Positions 1-9,140 of a stretch of DNA of 32,000 bases are shown piece after piece. The translations under genes were made by a program, and so were the position numbers. Every line of letters starts with the position of its first letter. Position 1 is the stretch's first letter. The notes under the pieces were generated by a model. It had not been told where the DNA came from and did no database searches. It was given only the letters and a program-made list of their open reading frames with translations. Source of the DNA: Bacteroides phage crAss002. The stretch lies in the sequence record NC_055828.1, one strand, 5' to 3'.

Positions 1-2949
1 CAATATCCTGAAACTTCTGAAACTTATAGAGAATCAGTAGAATGGTTAAAGGCTAATACTGATTATAAGTTAAAAGGAGAGTTCTTAGATGAACTAAAGA
101 AAGCCTATATGGATACTCGTCTAGGTAATCCTTTTGATAGTTTCGTTCGTACTATGGCTTATGGTAAGTATGATTCAGAAGGTGTTATTGATGGTACTAA
201 ATTTACAGATGTTCAAATAGCTAATCTAAAGAAACATCAGGAACAAATGTTTGCTGCTGCCGTTGGTCGTGTTAAGCCAAATGAACAGAAAGCTCAAGAA
301 TGGTTAGATAACCATGTTAGTTATATCAATACTGTTTATTATGAAGCTATGTATGTAGCTATGAATAAGATGGGTAAAGAAGTATTTGATAAATGGTATA
401 TTGATAACCATGTTGTTAATCCTATTACTAAAGAATATGAACCGTTGCCTATTTGGAGACAAATGGTAGTTAAGGATGAAGCTAACAACATGGAATATAG
501 TGCTAAATACAAATGGTTAGAAACTAAAGTTAAAGAGCAGTATAAGAATCCTAACTACGATGAAGTTAAACTACAACCTTCTACTAATAAATATCGTAAT
601 GATAAGTATTATGGAATGAATAATTATCAGCAACAGTTATATAACGAAGTAGATTCTCTTCTTAATGAACTTGTTAAAGATAAACGTAGTCGTACTTATA
701 TTAATCGTGGTTATCTGCCTAATCAAGCTATTGAACAACCTAGTCAAGGTTTTGCTGACTATTGGCAAGACTTTAAACGTAGTCATGGTTGGTATGATAC
801 TCCTAATAAGTCTGATATAGAACTTAATCTATATAAGAGATTTAGTAATGCTCCTATGCTTCATAGTTTATCGGAAGTTAAGTTACTTCCTATTCGCGAA
901 CAACAAGAAGGAGAAACTAAAGAAGAATATCTAACTTATGTTCGTGAAACTCAAGCTAAGAATAATGAGTTACGTAAACAAAGAGCACAGGAGAATGCAG
1001 AACGTAATAATCCAAATGTTCTTGAAAGACTTAATTCATTTATAGATAGTATGTATAACTTTAATACTCGTAATGATATAGCTAGATTAGCTAAGATTAC
1101 TAGTAATCAATTACGTAATATGGATATTATTAAGAGAAATCCTAATGATAAACTTATGGATAATAGATTACTTAGTAGAATTACTGGTAAACAAGAAATA
1201 CGTACTACTAAGAGTGACGATTCAAATATAGTTAAACACTTCGAGAATCAAGTTCGTAAGTTAGTATTTAATGAATTTGAAATGGATGAAGGTACTCGTT
1301 CTAAAGTATCTCGTGTTATGCGTAATATGGTATCTAGTAAGTTTATGATGTTAAATATTACTGGTGGTATTGCTAACGTTCTATACGGTAAGACACAGAT
1401 ACAAATGGAAATGGCTGCCGGACAATTCTTTAAATACAAAGATTTCCGTAAAGGTGAGAATGAATGGATGCAGAATGTAGGTAGTTATCTAGCAGATGCC
1501 TATAATGAAACTACTAATAATGAAACTAATGCTGTTATTAGATTATTTAATGTTATTGAATCTGATATGGTAACAGAACGTTATGGTAAAGGTAGTAATC
1601 CAATGGGTAAATTAGAAAACCTATTGTTTATCCAACAGACAGCAGGTGAGCATTATATGCAGAATACTACATTATTAGCTATGCTTCATTCTCATAGAGT
1701 AGTCAATGTTGATGGCAAGAATAAGATAATGTCATTTGAACAGTATGCTATGAATCTTAGAGAAGAAGCGTTACTTAAAGTTCTTCGTAAGAATAATCCT
1801 GAACTAGTTTCTAAGTATGAAACCTTTAAAGATAAAGTACTTGAATCTTACGTTGAGAAAGAACGTTATGTTAAGTTTAAAGCTGATATAATAACTGATT
1901 TCTTACGTTCGATTCCTAAAGAACTAAGACAAGAGTTTAAAACTACTTATAAGGAAGATACTAAAGAAGAACGAATTAAGTTTGAACAACATCCTTCATT
2001 TAGAGAAAGTCTTATATTGAAGAATGGTGTTGCTACTCTAAAGAAAGATAGCGGTCTTACTAACGATGATATTGCAGCTTTCCGTAATAAGGTTATATCA
2101 GTTAATCATCAGATACACGGTATCTATGATAAGATTGGTGCTAATCAGCTACAACAATCATGGTGGGGAGCTTTACTAATGCAATTCCATAAACACTTAG
2201 TTCCTGGTTATCAAAAACGTTTTGGTTATCGTTTAGGTCATTTTGACGGTATATATAATGAAACTCGAGAATCTATTAGTAAAGGAACTTATGTTAGTTT
2301 AGGAGAGTTTATAGCAATGCCATTTAAGAAGTACTACGAACTTAATGATAGTAACGAACTTCAAGCTGTTCGTACTCTTCAAGGTATTGCTAAAGGTTAT
2401 GCAGATTTTGTAGCTAATCTTACTACTTATTATAATATTCTTCCTGAATATGATAAAGCCAATATTCGTAGGTGCTTAGGTGAATGGATAGCTATTACTA
2501 AAGCAGTAGCATTATTCGTAGTTGGTAAGTTAATACTTGACGATGACGATGATTCTACGCAAGTAGCAGATTATATCTTATATAGTGCTGACCGTCTAAT
2601 GTCTGAAACTATTCAATATACTCCATGGGGTATAGCTAATGAAGGTAAGAAACTATATAGTCAACCTGTTGCTGCGTTAAGTATCGCATCTGATAATCTT
2701 AAATTACTAGAGGCTTGTTGTAGTTATATAGTTACTGGTAATCCTGATGATTTATATTATAATTCAGGTACTTATTCAGGTGAGAATAAACTTAAAGTTA
2801 ATATAATGAAACAGATACCATTAGTTAATCAAATTATAAAACATCAAAGACTTGGTGCTAACAACAGTTACTATAAAGTTCGTAGTAGTCCATTTAGTGG
2901 TCTAGGTCAAATTGTTGCTAATATGATTACTGATGAAGATGAAGAATAA
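1..2949 (+). CDS. C-terminal part of a very large phage virion/late protein (partial, open at the 5' window edge)
   Basis: Frame 1 is open from base 1 (QYPETSETYRESVEWLKANTDYKLKGEFLDELKKAYMDTRL...), so the listed Met at 109 is probably internal. More than 980 aa, only + strand coding gene, ends TAA at 2949. Position and orientation fit the giant virion RNA polymerase/cargo proteins of crAss-like phages, but I recognise no catalytic motif in this part. Confidence 0.6.
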   Translation, partial: QYPETSETYRESVEWLKANTDYKLKGEFLDELKKAYMDTRLGNPFDSFVRTMAYGKYDSEGVIDGTKFTDVQIANLKKHQEQMFAAAVGRVKPNEQKAQEWLDNHVSYINTVYYEAMYVAMNKMGKEVFDKWYIDNHVVNPITKEYEPLPIWRQMVVKDEANNMEYSAKYKWLETKVKEQYKNPNYDEVKLQPSTNKYRNDKYYGMNNYQQQLYNEVDSLLNELVKDKRSRTYINRGYLPNQAIEQPSQGFADYWQDFKRSHGWYDTPNKSDIELNLYKRFSNAPMLHSLSEVKLLPIREQQEGETKEEYLTYVRETQAKNNELRKQRAQENAERNNPNVLERLNSFIDSMYNFNTRNDIARLAKITSNQLRNMDIIKRNPNDKLMDNRLLSRITGKQEIRTTKSDDSNIVKHFENQVRKLVFNEFEMDEGTRSKVSRVMRNMVSSKFMMLNITGGIANVLYGKTQIQMEMAAGQFFKYKDFRKGENEWMQNVGSYLADAYNETTNNETNAVIRLFNVIESDMVTERYGKGSNPMGKLENLLFIQQTAGEHYMQNTTLLAMLHSHRVVNVDGKNKIMSFEQYAMNLREEALLKVLRKNNPELVSKYETFKDKVLESYVEKERYVKFKADIITDFLRSIPKELRQEFKTTYKEDTKEERIKFEQHPSFRESLILKNGVATLKKDSGLTNDDIAAFRNKVISVNHQIHGIYDKIGANQLQQSWWGALLMQFHKHLVPGYQKRFGYRLGHFDGIYNETRESISKGTYVSLGEFIAMPFKKYYELNDSNELQAVRTLQGIAKGYADFVANLTTYYNILPEYDKANIRRCLGEWIAITKAVALFVVGKLILDDDDDSTQVADYILYSADRLMSETIQYTPWGIANEGKKLYSQPVAALSIASDNLKLLEACCSYIVTGNPDDLYYNSGTYSGENKLKVNIMKQIPLVNQIIKHQRLGANNSYYKVRSSPFSGLGQIVANMITDEDEE

Positions 2950-2978
2950 CTAACTACTTAATATTACAACTCATGGTG

Positions 2979-3017
2979 AAGTCGGATTGCTTGTGAAAGT
3001 AGTCCGACTTATTTTGT
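2979..3017 (+). terminator. Intrinsic terminator after the giant + strand gene
   Basis: AAGTCGGATTGC (2979-2990) pairs with GTAGTCCGACTT (2999-3010), 12 bp including two G-U pairs, 8-nt loop, followed by ATTTTGTTT. Confidence 0.8.
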
Positions 3018-3403
3018 TTATATCAAAATAAATACTACCTTTGCAGTGATTAAGTACCTACCGTCTCGGACTGTTGTACGGGATTCAGCATTAGCTGTCT
3101 GACTAACTAGATTAGTTGCGTGTAGTGTGGAGAGCTAGGGAACTCGATTAGTCTTAGTACTTATAAGTACTATTTCATTTAGGCAGTGTCTCCGCCCTAG
3201 TGCAAAACCTCGGACGATAAATAGAAACAAAGCTACAAGGATTAGTAGAATGATTGTCAATAGCGATTGATTTAGCTTCACTACCCAAAAAAGAGCCGAA
3301 TACTATTTACTCCGTCTATGACCTCACTATACCCAAAAAGTTCCCAAATGTTCTATCTAACGAAGAACATCTTCCATGAACACTATCCCCAGTGCCGTTA
3401 GTA

Positions 3404-3619
3404 TTATTGTTTGAGTTTATATTTAAGAATTTCTTTTAACTCATCTTTGTTAATAGTACAAACATTTCTATTACTTTTTAGTTTGATATATTTATTAATA
3501 CTAGATTTTAACTTATATCTTATTGTTTCAAGATTATAAGACTCTATTTTTGTTAATTCTCTTTCTATCAAATTAAATAATTCAATAGTTTCTCTTTCTG
3601 TTAATTTAATGTCTAACAT
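3404..3619 (-). CDS. hypothetical protein, 71 aa
   Basis: ORF in the dominant orientation; first gene of the convergent - strand block. Confidence 0.6.
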   Translation of the reverse strand: MLDIKLTERETIELFNLIERELTKIESYNLETIRYKLKSSINKYIKLKSNRNVCTINKDELKEILKYKLKQ

Positions 3620-3685
3620 ATTGTAATTAATTAAGTATACAAATATACTATTAAATTTTTAATTAACCTAGCTTTACTATATCCC

Positions 3686-3703
3686 GCTAGCCTAACGGCT
3701 AGC
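3686..3703. repeat. Perfect short inverted repeat GCTAGCC-TAAC-GGCTAGC
   Basis: 7-bp perfect stem, 4-nt loop, immediately 5' of the motif-built inverted repeat at 3709-3758. Confidence 0.7.
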
Positions 3704-3708
3704 TTTAT

Positions 3709-3758
3709 TCCCCCATAAAGGAGTGGATTTGCTGATAATTCCACTCCTTTATGGGGGA
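3709..3758. repeat. 19-bp perfect inverted repeat formed by two head-to-head copies of the dispersed TTCCCCCRTARAGGAG motif
   Basis: TCCCCCATAAAGGAGTGGA (3709-3727) / TCCACTCCTTTATGGGGGA (3740-3758), 12-nt spacer. Confidence 0.9.
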
Positions 3759-3835
3759 TTTAGCGAGCTTGCGAGCGTAGGAAAGTCCAGCAATATAATT
3801 ATCCCTAGTACGTTGATTTTATCCAAGTACAACAT

Positions 3836-3879
3836 AAAAAAAAAGAACTATCAACAGTATTGCTACTATCAATAGTTCT
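3836..3879 (-). terminator. Intrinsic terminator of the - strand transcript
   Basis: On - strand AGAACTATTGATAGTA-GCAA-TACTGTTGATAGTTCT (3879-3844), a 16-bp stem with wobbles, followed by T8. Confidence 0.9.
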
Positions 3880-3944
3880 AAGTTCATTCTTTAGCTCGCG
3901 TTATTATATAATATATGAATATTATAGCGGCTACTATTAGTAAT

Positions 3945-4130
3945 CTATCTATTGTCATCTTTCATATCTTTTTTAGCTCTTTTGTATCCTTTTATATAAC
4001 CTTCTACATAAGCTTCAGTACATAGATTTGATTGCATTGGAGTACAAGGGTGATAAATACAATTCTTACAAGCTCTACTAAATCCATTAGATTGATAGGC
4101 TTTTGCTTTAACACTTACTCTTTTTGCCAT
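3945..4130 (-). CDS. small Cys-rich (putative metal-binding) protein, 61 aa
   Basis: ORF with CKNCIYHPC...C pattern; terminator directly downstream. Confidence 0.7.
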   Translation of the reverse strand: MAKRVSVKAKAYQSNGFSRACKNCIYHPCTPMQSNLCTEAYVEGYIKGYKRAKKDMKDDNR

Positions 4131-4193
4131 AATATAAAAAGAGTACTAGTATTTCTACCAGTACTCATAATGTATAACTAAAATGATTATTAC

Positions 4194-4310
4194 TTATTCG
4201 TTTTTATACTTCTTCTCTACTTCTTGTAGTTTCAGATAAATACTATTACGAGCTTTAAGTTTTGGCAGACTAGCTGCATATCTCATAGCTTTACGAATTT
4301 GACTATGCAT
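4194..4310 (-). CDS. hypothetical basic 38-aa ORF (not in supplied track)
   Basis: MHSQIRKAMRYAASLPKLKARNSIYLKLQEVEKKYKNE*; start overlaps the stop of the 98-aa ORF by 8 nt and fills an otherwise empty gap. Confidence 0.45.
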   Translation of the reverse strand: MHSQIRKAMRYAASLPKLKARNSIYLKLQEVEKKYKNE

Positions 4311-4599
4311 GAACTTCTTCTCCGACTTCATCTTTTATTTCTTCTTTTGGTTCAACATAAGGATTCCAAGTATTCATAAACTGGTTAAGTTCAACTACAA
4401 CTTTTTCTGCATTATAAACATCATTATCAGCACTGGGAGTTATATCTTCAAGAACAACATGAAGAGTATTACTACCGTTCTTATCTTGCATACGAGCCAA
4501 ACTATTACATCTATATATCCTATATGGTATTTTAGGATTTACTACTTTAGATTTGTCTCCATAAGTTTCTATGGATAATACATTATTTAATTTAAGCAT
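4303..4599 (-). CDS. hypothetical protein, 98 aa
   Basis: ORF in operon orientation, tightly packed. Confidence 0.65.
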   Translation of the reverse strand: MLKLNNVLSIETYGDKSKVVNPKIPYRIYRCNSLARMQDKNGSNTLHVVLEDITPSADNDVYNAEKVVVELNQFMNTWNPYVEPKEEIKDEVGEEVHA

Positions 4600-4616
4600 A
4601 CTTTTAGTTTAAATAA

Positions 4617-5069
4617 TTATTTAGAATTAATACCGTATTTAGCCCATTGAAGAACAAAACCAAGATGTGCCCAAAGACTATTAACAACTTCTTCCATAGC
4701 GTATTGTTTGCCAAGTTCTTCACTGTAATTCTTTGGGTCAACACAAGAAGAATGACGAACTGTATCAAAGCCAGTAAGAGTATGAGCATTAACAATAGTA
4801 GTCTTTTCACCAACTGTCATTACTTCTACATTAGTAATAAAGTTTTCAACATCTTCTTTAAGAATCTTAGTACCATCGTTATTCTCTGAAAGAGGATAAT
4901 AAGCAGCATCAGCTACATCTTTTGGTGTCCAACTCTTATATCCGTCAGGATAAGTAACTTCATAACCCATATCATCAGGATGAGCATTACCAATTTTATA
5001 ACCATAATCTACTGCAAGTGCAGCTCTCATAGGTTGAAGTTCAACCATTTTAATTCCAATTGCTTTCAT
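4617..5069 (-). CDS. N4 gp49/Sf6 gp66-family phage protein
   Basis: C-terminal ...SSCVDPKNYSEELGKQYAMEEVVNSLWAHLGFVL matches the family pattern (S-ACVDPxNFxxExGxxxAxxxAxxxxWxxxGfxL). Confidence 0.75.
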   Translation of the reverse strand: MKAIGIKMVELQPMRAALAVDYGYKIGNAHPDDMGYEVTYPDGYKSWTPKDVADAAYYPLSENNDGTKILKEDVENFITNVEVMTVGEKTTIVNAHTLTGFDTVRHSSCVDPKNYSEELGKQYAMEEVVNSLWAHLGFVLQWAKYGINSK

Positions 5070-5105
5070 AATTTAATTGTTTATTGTTTAAAATTAATAA
5101 TTAAT

Positions 5106-5762
5106 TTATTTTCCAGTACTACCAAATCCTTCTGTACCTCTTTTAGTAGTACCAAGTTCTTCAAGAGTTTCAACTTCATCCCAAGTAATCTTCTCACGAC
5201 GACGAACAAGAAGTTGACAAACACGGTCACCTGTTTTATAAGGAAAATCATTCATAACTTGTTCAAGTTCTTTTATACAATCGTTTGTTACTTCTTCGAT
5301 TCTATTAGTAATATGTTTTAGTTGACGAATAGCCATAAGACTATCTTCTACACAACGAGACAAATGAATGTTAGTACGATTCTTAAAGATAACAAGAAGC
5401 TCGCCTCTATAACCCCAATCAAGAGTACCGGGACTATTAGGCATATAAACGTCTGTTTTAGTATTACTACTACGAGGACGAAGTACCATTTCATATTCAT
5501 CAAGAAGAGCAAAGTGCAATCCTGTATGAATAATAAATCTATCTTTGTCTGCATCATATTCTATACTCTTAGCATAGACATCACAACAAGCATCTCCTTC
5601 TTTACCATAAGTAGGTAATGGAACAGATTTATCTTCACGCCATACTTTAACAGAGACATTATCAATGTCTCGTTCTAGTTTATCGAAGAGTCCATCTTGA
5701 GTTAATAAACCACTGTTAAATTCAATAATAGCATTAGCTATTGCTTTACTTAATTTACTCAT
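5106..5762 (-). CDS. dut: dUTPase (dUTP diphosphatase)
   Basis: Motifs LRPRSSN, NSPGTLDWGYRGELLVIFKN, YKTGDRVCQLLV, RGTEGFGSTG. Start placed at MSKLSK (5762); the track extension to 5846 overlaps the upstream gene. Confidence 0.93.
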   Translation of the reverse strand: MSKLSKAIANAIIEFNSGLLTQDGLFDKLERDIDNVSVKVWREDKSVPLPTYGKEGDACCDVYAKSIEYDADKDRFIIHTGLHFALLDEYEMVLRPRSSNTKTDVYMPNSPGTLDWGYRGELLVIFKNRTNIHLSRCVEDSLMAIRQLKHITNRIEEVTNDCIKELEQVMNDFPYKTGDRVCQLLVRRREKITWDEVETLEELGTTKRGTEGFGSTGK

Positions 5763-5949
5763 TATAATTATTGTTTTTAAATTTATGATAAGGACAATCA
5801 GTTGGAGTACTAGGTCTTCTATAACAAGAAGTAATAATAGTATCACTACTTCTTTCTAAGCACGTATAATGTTTATAGAAACAACCTTTTTCTCTCTTTA
5901 CTAAATGAATACGATTACCGCAAGTTCTGACTTTATTCTTCTTTTCCAT
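5755..5949 (-). CDS. small Cys-rich protein, 64 aa
   Basis: C-x(12)-C-x(5)-C-x(11)-C-x(9)-C-x(2)-H spacing; overlaps the dUTPase start by a few bases. Confidence 0.65.
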   Translation of the reverse strand: MEKKNKVRTCGNRIHLVKREKGCFYKHYTCLERSSDTIITSCYRRPSTPTDCPYHKFKNNNYNE

Positions 5950-6178
5950 ATAGATACTTTAATAAATGAACAAACCTAATTATAAATATTACAAATAGAA
6001 CATGACCTAATATCGGAATAAAAAATAAAGTACAATTAAGAGTAACTGTACTTATTACTTCATCATCTAGTCTTTCCTTAGTAATCTTTAGTGCTATTGC
6101 AGTTATTATAATCTGAATAAAACATTCTATAACAGGGACATCTAATAAGATTGTTTTTAACACGGTTTCTAACTCCAT
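5933..6178 (-). CDS. putative membrane protein, 81 aa
   Basis: Hydrophobic segments (CFIQIIITAIAL; TLFFIPILGHVLFVIFIIRFVHLL). Confidence 0.65.
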   Translation of the reverse strand: MELETVLKTILLDVPVIECFIQIIITAIALKITKERLDDEVISTVTLNCTLFFIPILGHVLFVIFIIRFVHLLKYLYGKEE

Positions 6179-6321
6179 TCTTTACCACAATTAATACACT
6201 TAAAAGCAATTGGGTCATTTTCTTCTTCCCGCGGAACTTCTTCTAGTCTAGCACCACAATTAGGACAACGTGGAACAGTAAATAACTCAATTAGTTTCTT
6301 AATAAAATTCTTTATTCCCAT
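6169..6321 (-). CDS. zinc-ribbon-like protein, 50 aa (not in supplied track)
   Basis: MGIKNFIKKLIELFTVPRCPNCGARLEEVPREEENDPIAFKCINCGKEWS*; two CxxC knuckles; start overlaps the end of the DUF932 ORF. Confidence 0.7.
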   Translation of the reverse strand: MGIKNFIKKLIELFTVPRCPNCGARLEEVPREEENDPIAFKCINCGKEWS

Positions 6322-7400
6322 ACATCAGCCAATGCGTAATTAAGAGCTTTAAGACTAGTATTATAGTCGCCCTCAAATACAGTGTTCTTTAAACGAAGCT
6401 CTTCTGTCTTATAGTCTTTAACATTAGAGAAGTAGCCAGTAACAGCATTATAAGCACCATAAGCTGTACCTGCTATTTGTCTTTGTCCGACACCTTCTTG
6501 ATAATACTCGAAAGTATCACAAAGAGTATTTAGTTTCTGCATAGATATTTCAGCAGCTTCAAAAGCAGAATTGTTTCTTCGGAATAAACCGTTATATAGA
6601 TTCAATTCATCTACTCTTTCAAATTCTTCCCCTGTAAGGAAAGTTGCCGACAGATACCTCTTTACTTCTTCATCCGATACTTTTGTCTTAAACAACACTT
6701 TGTACATGTCTTCTTCTTCTTCTATCTTACGTTCAGTAAGACCGAGTATTTCAGGAACAGTAAGTATCTTACCATTAACACCTTTATTATGTCTGAAAGA
6801 TATATAACTTTCAGCAGATATTTTAGCAGAATGAAGAGCGTTCATACAAATAACTCTTACAGGAGTAATCATCATTTGTACAGCACTACCACCATCATGA
6901 CTATTAGTAAAGACAAAGTAATGTTGAATAGTATCATTAACACCACCAATATTAATATCCTTGTCAAAACTAGCTGACATGAATATCTTTTGTCCATAAC
7001 CAAAGTAACCTGCTCTATCAAGTTTAACTCTACCACCAAGAGCATCATCGAAGAATCCGAAAGCCATTTGATTTTGTACTACTTCATAACGAGACTTTAC
7101 TTTCCCAAGAGGAATGTTAGAATCTGTACGATAAGTTGCAAATTCACCAGGAACATCAACAAATTCAAACCCATTAACTACATTAGGAAATATAGAACCA
7201 TCACGACTAGCACCATTATCGTGTGCTGGCATTTTGGCAGATAGCTGACATTTAGCAACTGTATAATCGAGTTTAGCTTTTACAATAGCTTCTTCTGTTG
7301 TCTTACAATCGCTAATGTCTACACCTATTTTACCTCTCCAAGCAATTCCTTTTGCTTTGAATTTACTTCTATAACTTGAATCTCTAAAATTAAACTGCAT
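6312..7400 (-). CDS. DUF932 family phage/plasmid-like protein
   Basis: IPLGKVKSRYEVVQNQMAFGFFDDALGGRVKLDRAGYFGYGQKIFMSASF... typical of DUF932/TIGR03299-like proteins. Confidence 0.8.
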   Translation of the reverse strand: MQFNFRDSSYRSKFKAKGIAWRGKIGVDISDCKTTEEAIVKAKLDYTVAKCQLSAKMPAHDNGASRDGSIFPNVVNGFEFVDVPGEFATYRTDSNIPLGKVKSRYEVVQNQMAFGFFDDALGGRVKLDRAGYFGYGQKIFMSASFDKDINIGGVNDTIQHYFVFTNSHDGGSAVQMMITPVRVICMNALHSAKISAESYISFRHNKGVNGKILTVPEILGLTERKIEEEEDMYKVLFKTKVSDEEVKRYLSATFLTGEEFERVDELNLYNGLFRRNNSAFEAAEISMQKLNTLCDTFEYYQEGVGQRQIAGTAYGAYNAVTGYFSNVKDYKTEELRLKNTVFEGDYNTSLKALNYALADVWE

Positions 7401-7410
7401 ATCTAACTTT

Positions 7411-7518
7411 TTAATAAAGGTTTTCTTCTATTGAATCAATGGCTTGTCTACGAGTACAACCATAAGTATTCATAATTTTCTCAATCAGTTCTTCTACCCA
7501 ATCTTCTACTTCAAACAT
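7411..7518 (-). CDS. hypothetical acidic 35-aa ORF (not in supplied track)
   Basis: MFEVEDWVEELIEKIMNTYGCTRRQAIDSIEENLY*; fills the gap between flanking genes; UBA-like look is only an impression. Confidence 0.4.
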   Translation of the reverse strand: MFEVEDWVEELIEKIMNTYGCTRRQAIDSIEENLY

Positions 7519-7519
7519 A

Positions 7520-8293
7520 TTATTTAATTATTAATGATGTATTAGATACTTGTTTAGCAATAGTAAGGTCAGCATTTAAATCTAAATTAGCTGCAACAGC
7601 TGATTTACTAGTAGAAGATTTAAATTCTACCTTATGAGGATTTTGTCCAATCCATTGAGCAAGATTAAAGTTAGTAACATTTGCAAGTTCTGATAAACGA
7701 ATATGAATTGATATTTCAGTATCAATAGAGAACACATCGTCAACAGTAACATCTACAAATGAAGATTGTTCAGATTCCTGCTCCTCTATGGGGGAACTTT
7801 CAGCTTTCATGTGAGCACTGATAATACGAGATAGATACTCAATACTAAGACTTTCTTTAATTTCAGTACTCGCAAGATATTCAGTAACTATATCCATAAA
7901 GTGTCTGATAATATCAGCAATACGAACATCGTCTAACTTAGTAACAGTAATATTACGAGAATAGACCTTATAAGTACTACCTTCAATTACTTTGTTACCG
8001 GACTTACCAGTAGAACCAAACATTATAACTGCTTCAAGAACCGCATCTTTAAGACGTTCAAGAGTATTATTTCTTGTTTTCTTAATTTGGTTAACACGAG
8101 CAACTTCGTCACTACATTCTTTAACGTCACACTGATAACGTTTAATTACTTGAAGATAATCTCCAATCTTGTCTTTAAGATTATCTTCTGTAATACCTAG
8201 TTTAGCAACAATTTCTTCTGTTGCTTCACCTTCTTCGAGTTGCAAGATAATATCCTGCAACTCTGCTTTAATACTAAATAAACTACTTCCCAT
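7520..8293 (-). CDS. Siphovirus Gp157-like protein
   Basis: N-terminal half: ~85-residue helical pattern (EEGEATEEIVAKLGITEDNLKDKIGDYLQVIKRYQCDVKECSDEVARVNQIKKTRNNTLERLKDAVLEAV...) then a short beta-like segment, typical of Gp157. Confidence 0.6.
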   Translation of the reverse strand: MGSSLFSIKAELQDIILQLEEGEATEEIVAKLGITEDNLKDKIGDYLQVIKRYQCDVKECSDEVARVNQIKKTRNNTLERLKDAVLEAVIMFGSTGKSGNKVIEGSTYKVYSRNITVTKLDDVRIADIIRHFMDIVTEYLASTEIKESLSIEYLSRIISAHMKAESSPIEEQESEQSSFVDVTVDDVFSIDTEISIHIRLSELANVTNFNLAQWIGQNPHKVEFKSSTSKSAVAANLDLNADLTIAKQVSNTSLIIK

Positions 8294-8465
8294 TATGTCT
8301 TAATTTAAAATAAGGTTTATCTTTAATAGAATAACACATATAACTAACAGGACAATCCATAGTTCCCCGTCTTTCACAATCATGGCATCTAGGAGAATTA
8401 TCCTTTTTAATTGGTTTTAATAGTTTATCTATTAACTTCTTTAGAACTTTCATTTTCAAATACAT
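8283..8465 (-). CDS. small Cys-rich protein, 60 aa
   Basis: CHDCERRGTMDCPVSYMC. Confidence 0.6.
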   Translation of the reverse strand: MYLKMKVLKKLIDKLLKPIKKDNSPRCHDCERRGTMDCPVSYMCYSIKDKPYFKLRHNGK

Positions 8466-8694
8466 TTATTGGATATTTACTTTTAATTTCGATAACACTT
8501 CCTTCAACAATAGTATCTCCTCTTTTAATAGCTCTAATACGAACTTTTCTATGATATGCAGCTTCTTTAAGATTACTTCCAAATTGATTAATTAATCTTT
8601 TATTTTTATAAATAGCTACATAAAGACCTAATTCATATTGTCGAGTAATTATTTCTATATTACCAAGTTCTTTATCCTTTATTACTGTTCTCAT
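8425..8694 (-). CDS. hypothetical protein, 89 aa
   Basis: ORF in operon orientation. Confidence 0.6.
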   Translation of the reverse strand: MRTVIKDKELGNIEIITRQYELGLYVAIYKNKRLINQFGSNLKEAAYHRKVRIRAIKRGDTIVEGSVIEIKSKYPINVFENESSKEVNR

Positions 8695-9022
8695 ATTCTT
8701 CTCTAATTAATTTATTTTGTTCAGATATAGCTTTCATAATAAGCTCACGAGAATCCCAAAGACTTTCAGCACCAGTACTTAGATAATAATGTTCAAGTAC
8801 TTGTTCATTAGACATATTTTGAAAATCTACAATATGAGGACAAGCTATCATAGCTTCATTAAATTTCCTAGTAACATCATTCAATAGATTATATAGTTTA
8901 CTACGAATAACTACATTATCTGTATTATTCTGTCTTATTCTAGCAATAAGAGCAGGAATTATTTCACCGTTTTGCATTTCTATGAGTTTTCTTATTCTTA
9001 TTACGTTTATGTCTCTTAGCAA
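8672..9022 (-). CDS. hypothetical protein, 116 aa
   Basis: ORF in operon orientation. Confidence 0.6.
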   Translation of the reverse strand: MLRDINVIRIRKLIEMQNGEIIPALIARIRQNNTDNVVIRSKLYNLLNDVTRKFNEAMIACPHIVDFQNMSNEQVLEHYYLSTGAESLWDSRELIMKAISEQNKLIREEYENSNKG

Positions 9023-9140
9023 TTACTTTATGATTATTGCCTTTTTTAGTAGAACTTCCTTTATAATTATTATCATAAAGAGTACCTAATTCAAAAGCTT
9101 TATCATCAAGAAATATATTATAAGGATTATCAAACTTCAT
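8964..9140 (-). CDS. hypothetical 58-aa protein with strongly basic C-terminus (not in supplied track)
   Basis: MKFDNPYNIFLDDKAFELGTLYDNNYKGSSTKKGNNHKVIAKRHKRNKNKKTHRNAKR*. Confidence 0.45.
   Translation of the reverse strand: MKFDNPYNIFLDDKAFELGTLYDNNYKGSSTKKGNNHKVIAKRHKRNKNKKTHRNAKR

Noticed and set aside
109-2949. Stop-codon reassignment (TAG recoding) in the late gene
   Set aside because: The long ORF stays open under the standard code and ends with TAA; nothing here requires recoding.
5157-5176. TTCTCACGACGACGAAC inside the dUTPase gene as another loop-motif copy
   Set aside because: Lies within codons for the RRRREK segment and has no flanking complementary stem; probably chance.
4309-5618. 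+ strand ORFs 4309-4578, 4647-4889, 4980-5321, 5322-5618 and similar ones at 6571-7244, 9371, 11020-12230, 14751, 15387-16726, 17515-17991, 21494, 23592, 24304, 27410, 28368
   Set aside because: All lie antisense to better-supported - strand genes, have low-complexity Ser/Thr/Phe/Ile-rich translations, and look like mirror-frame artefacts.
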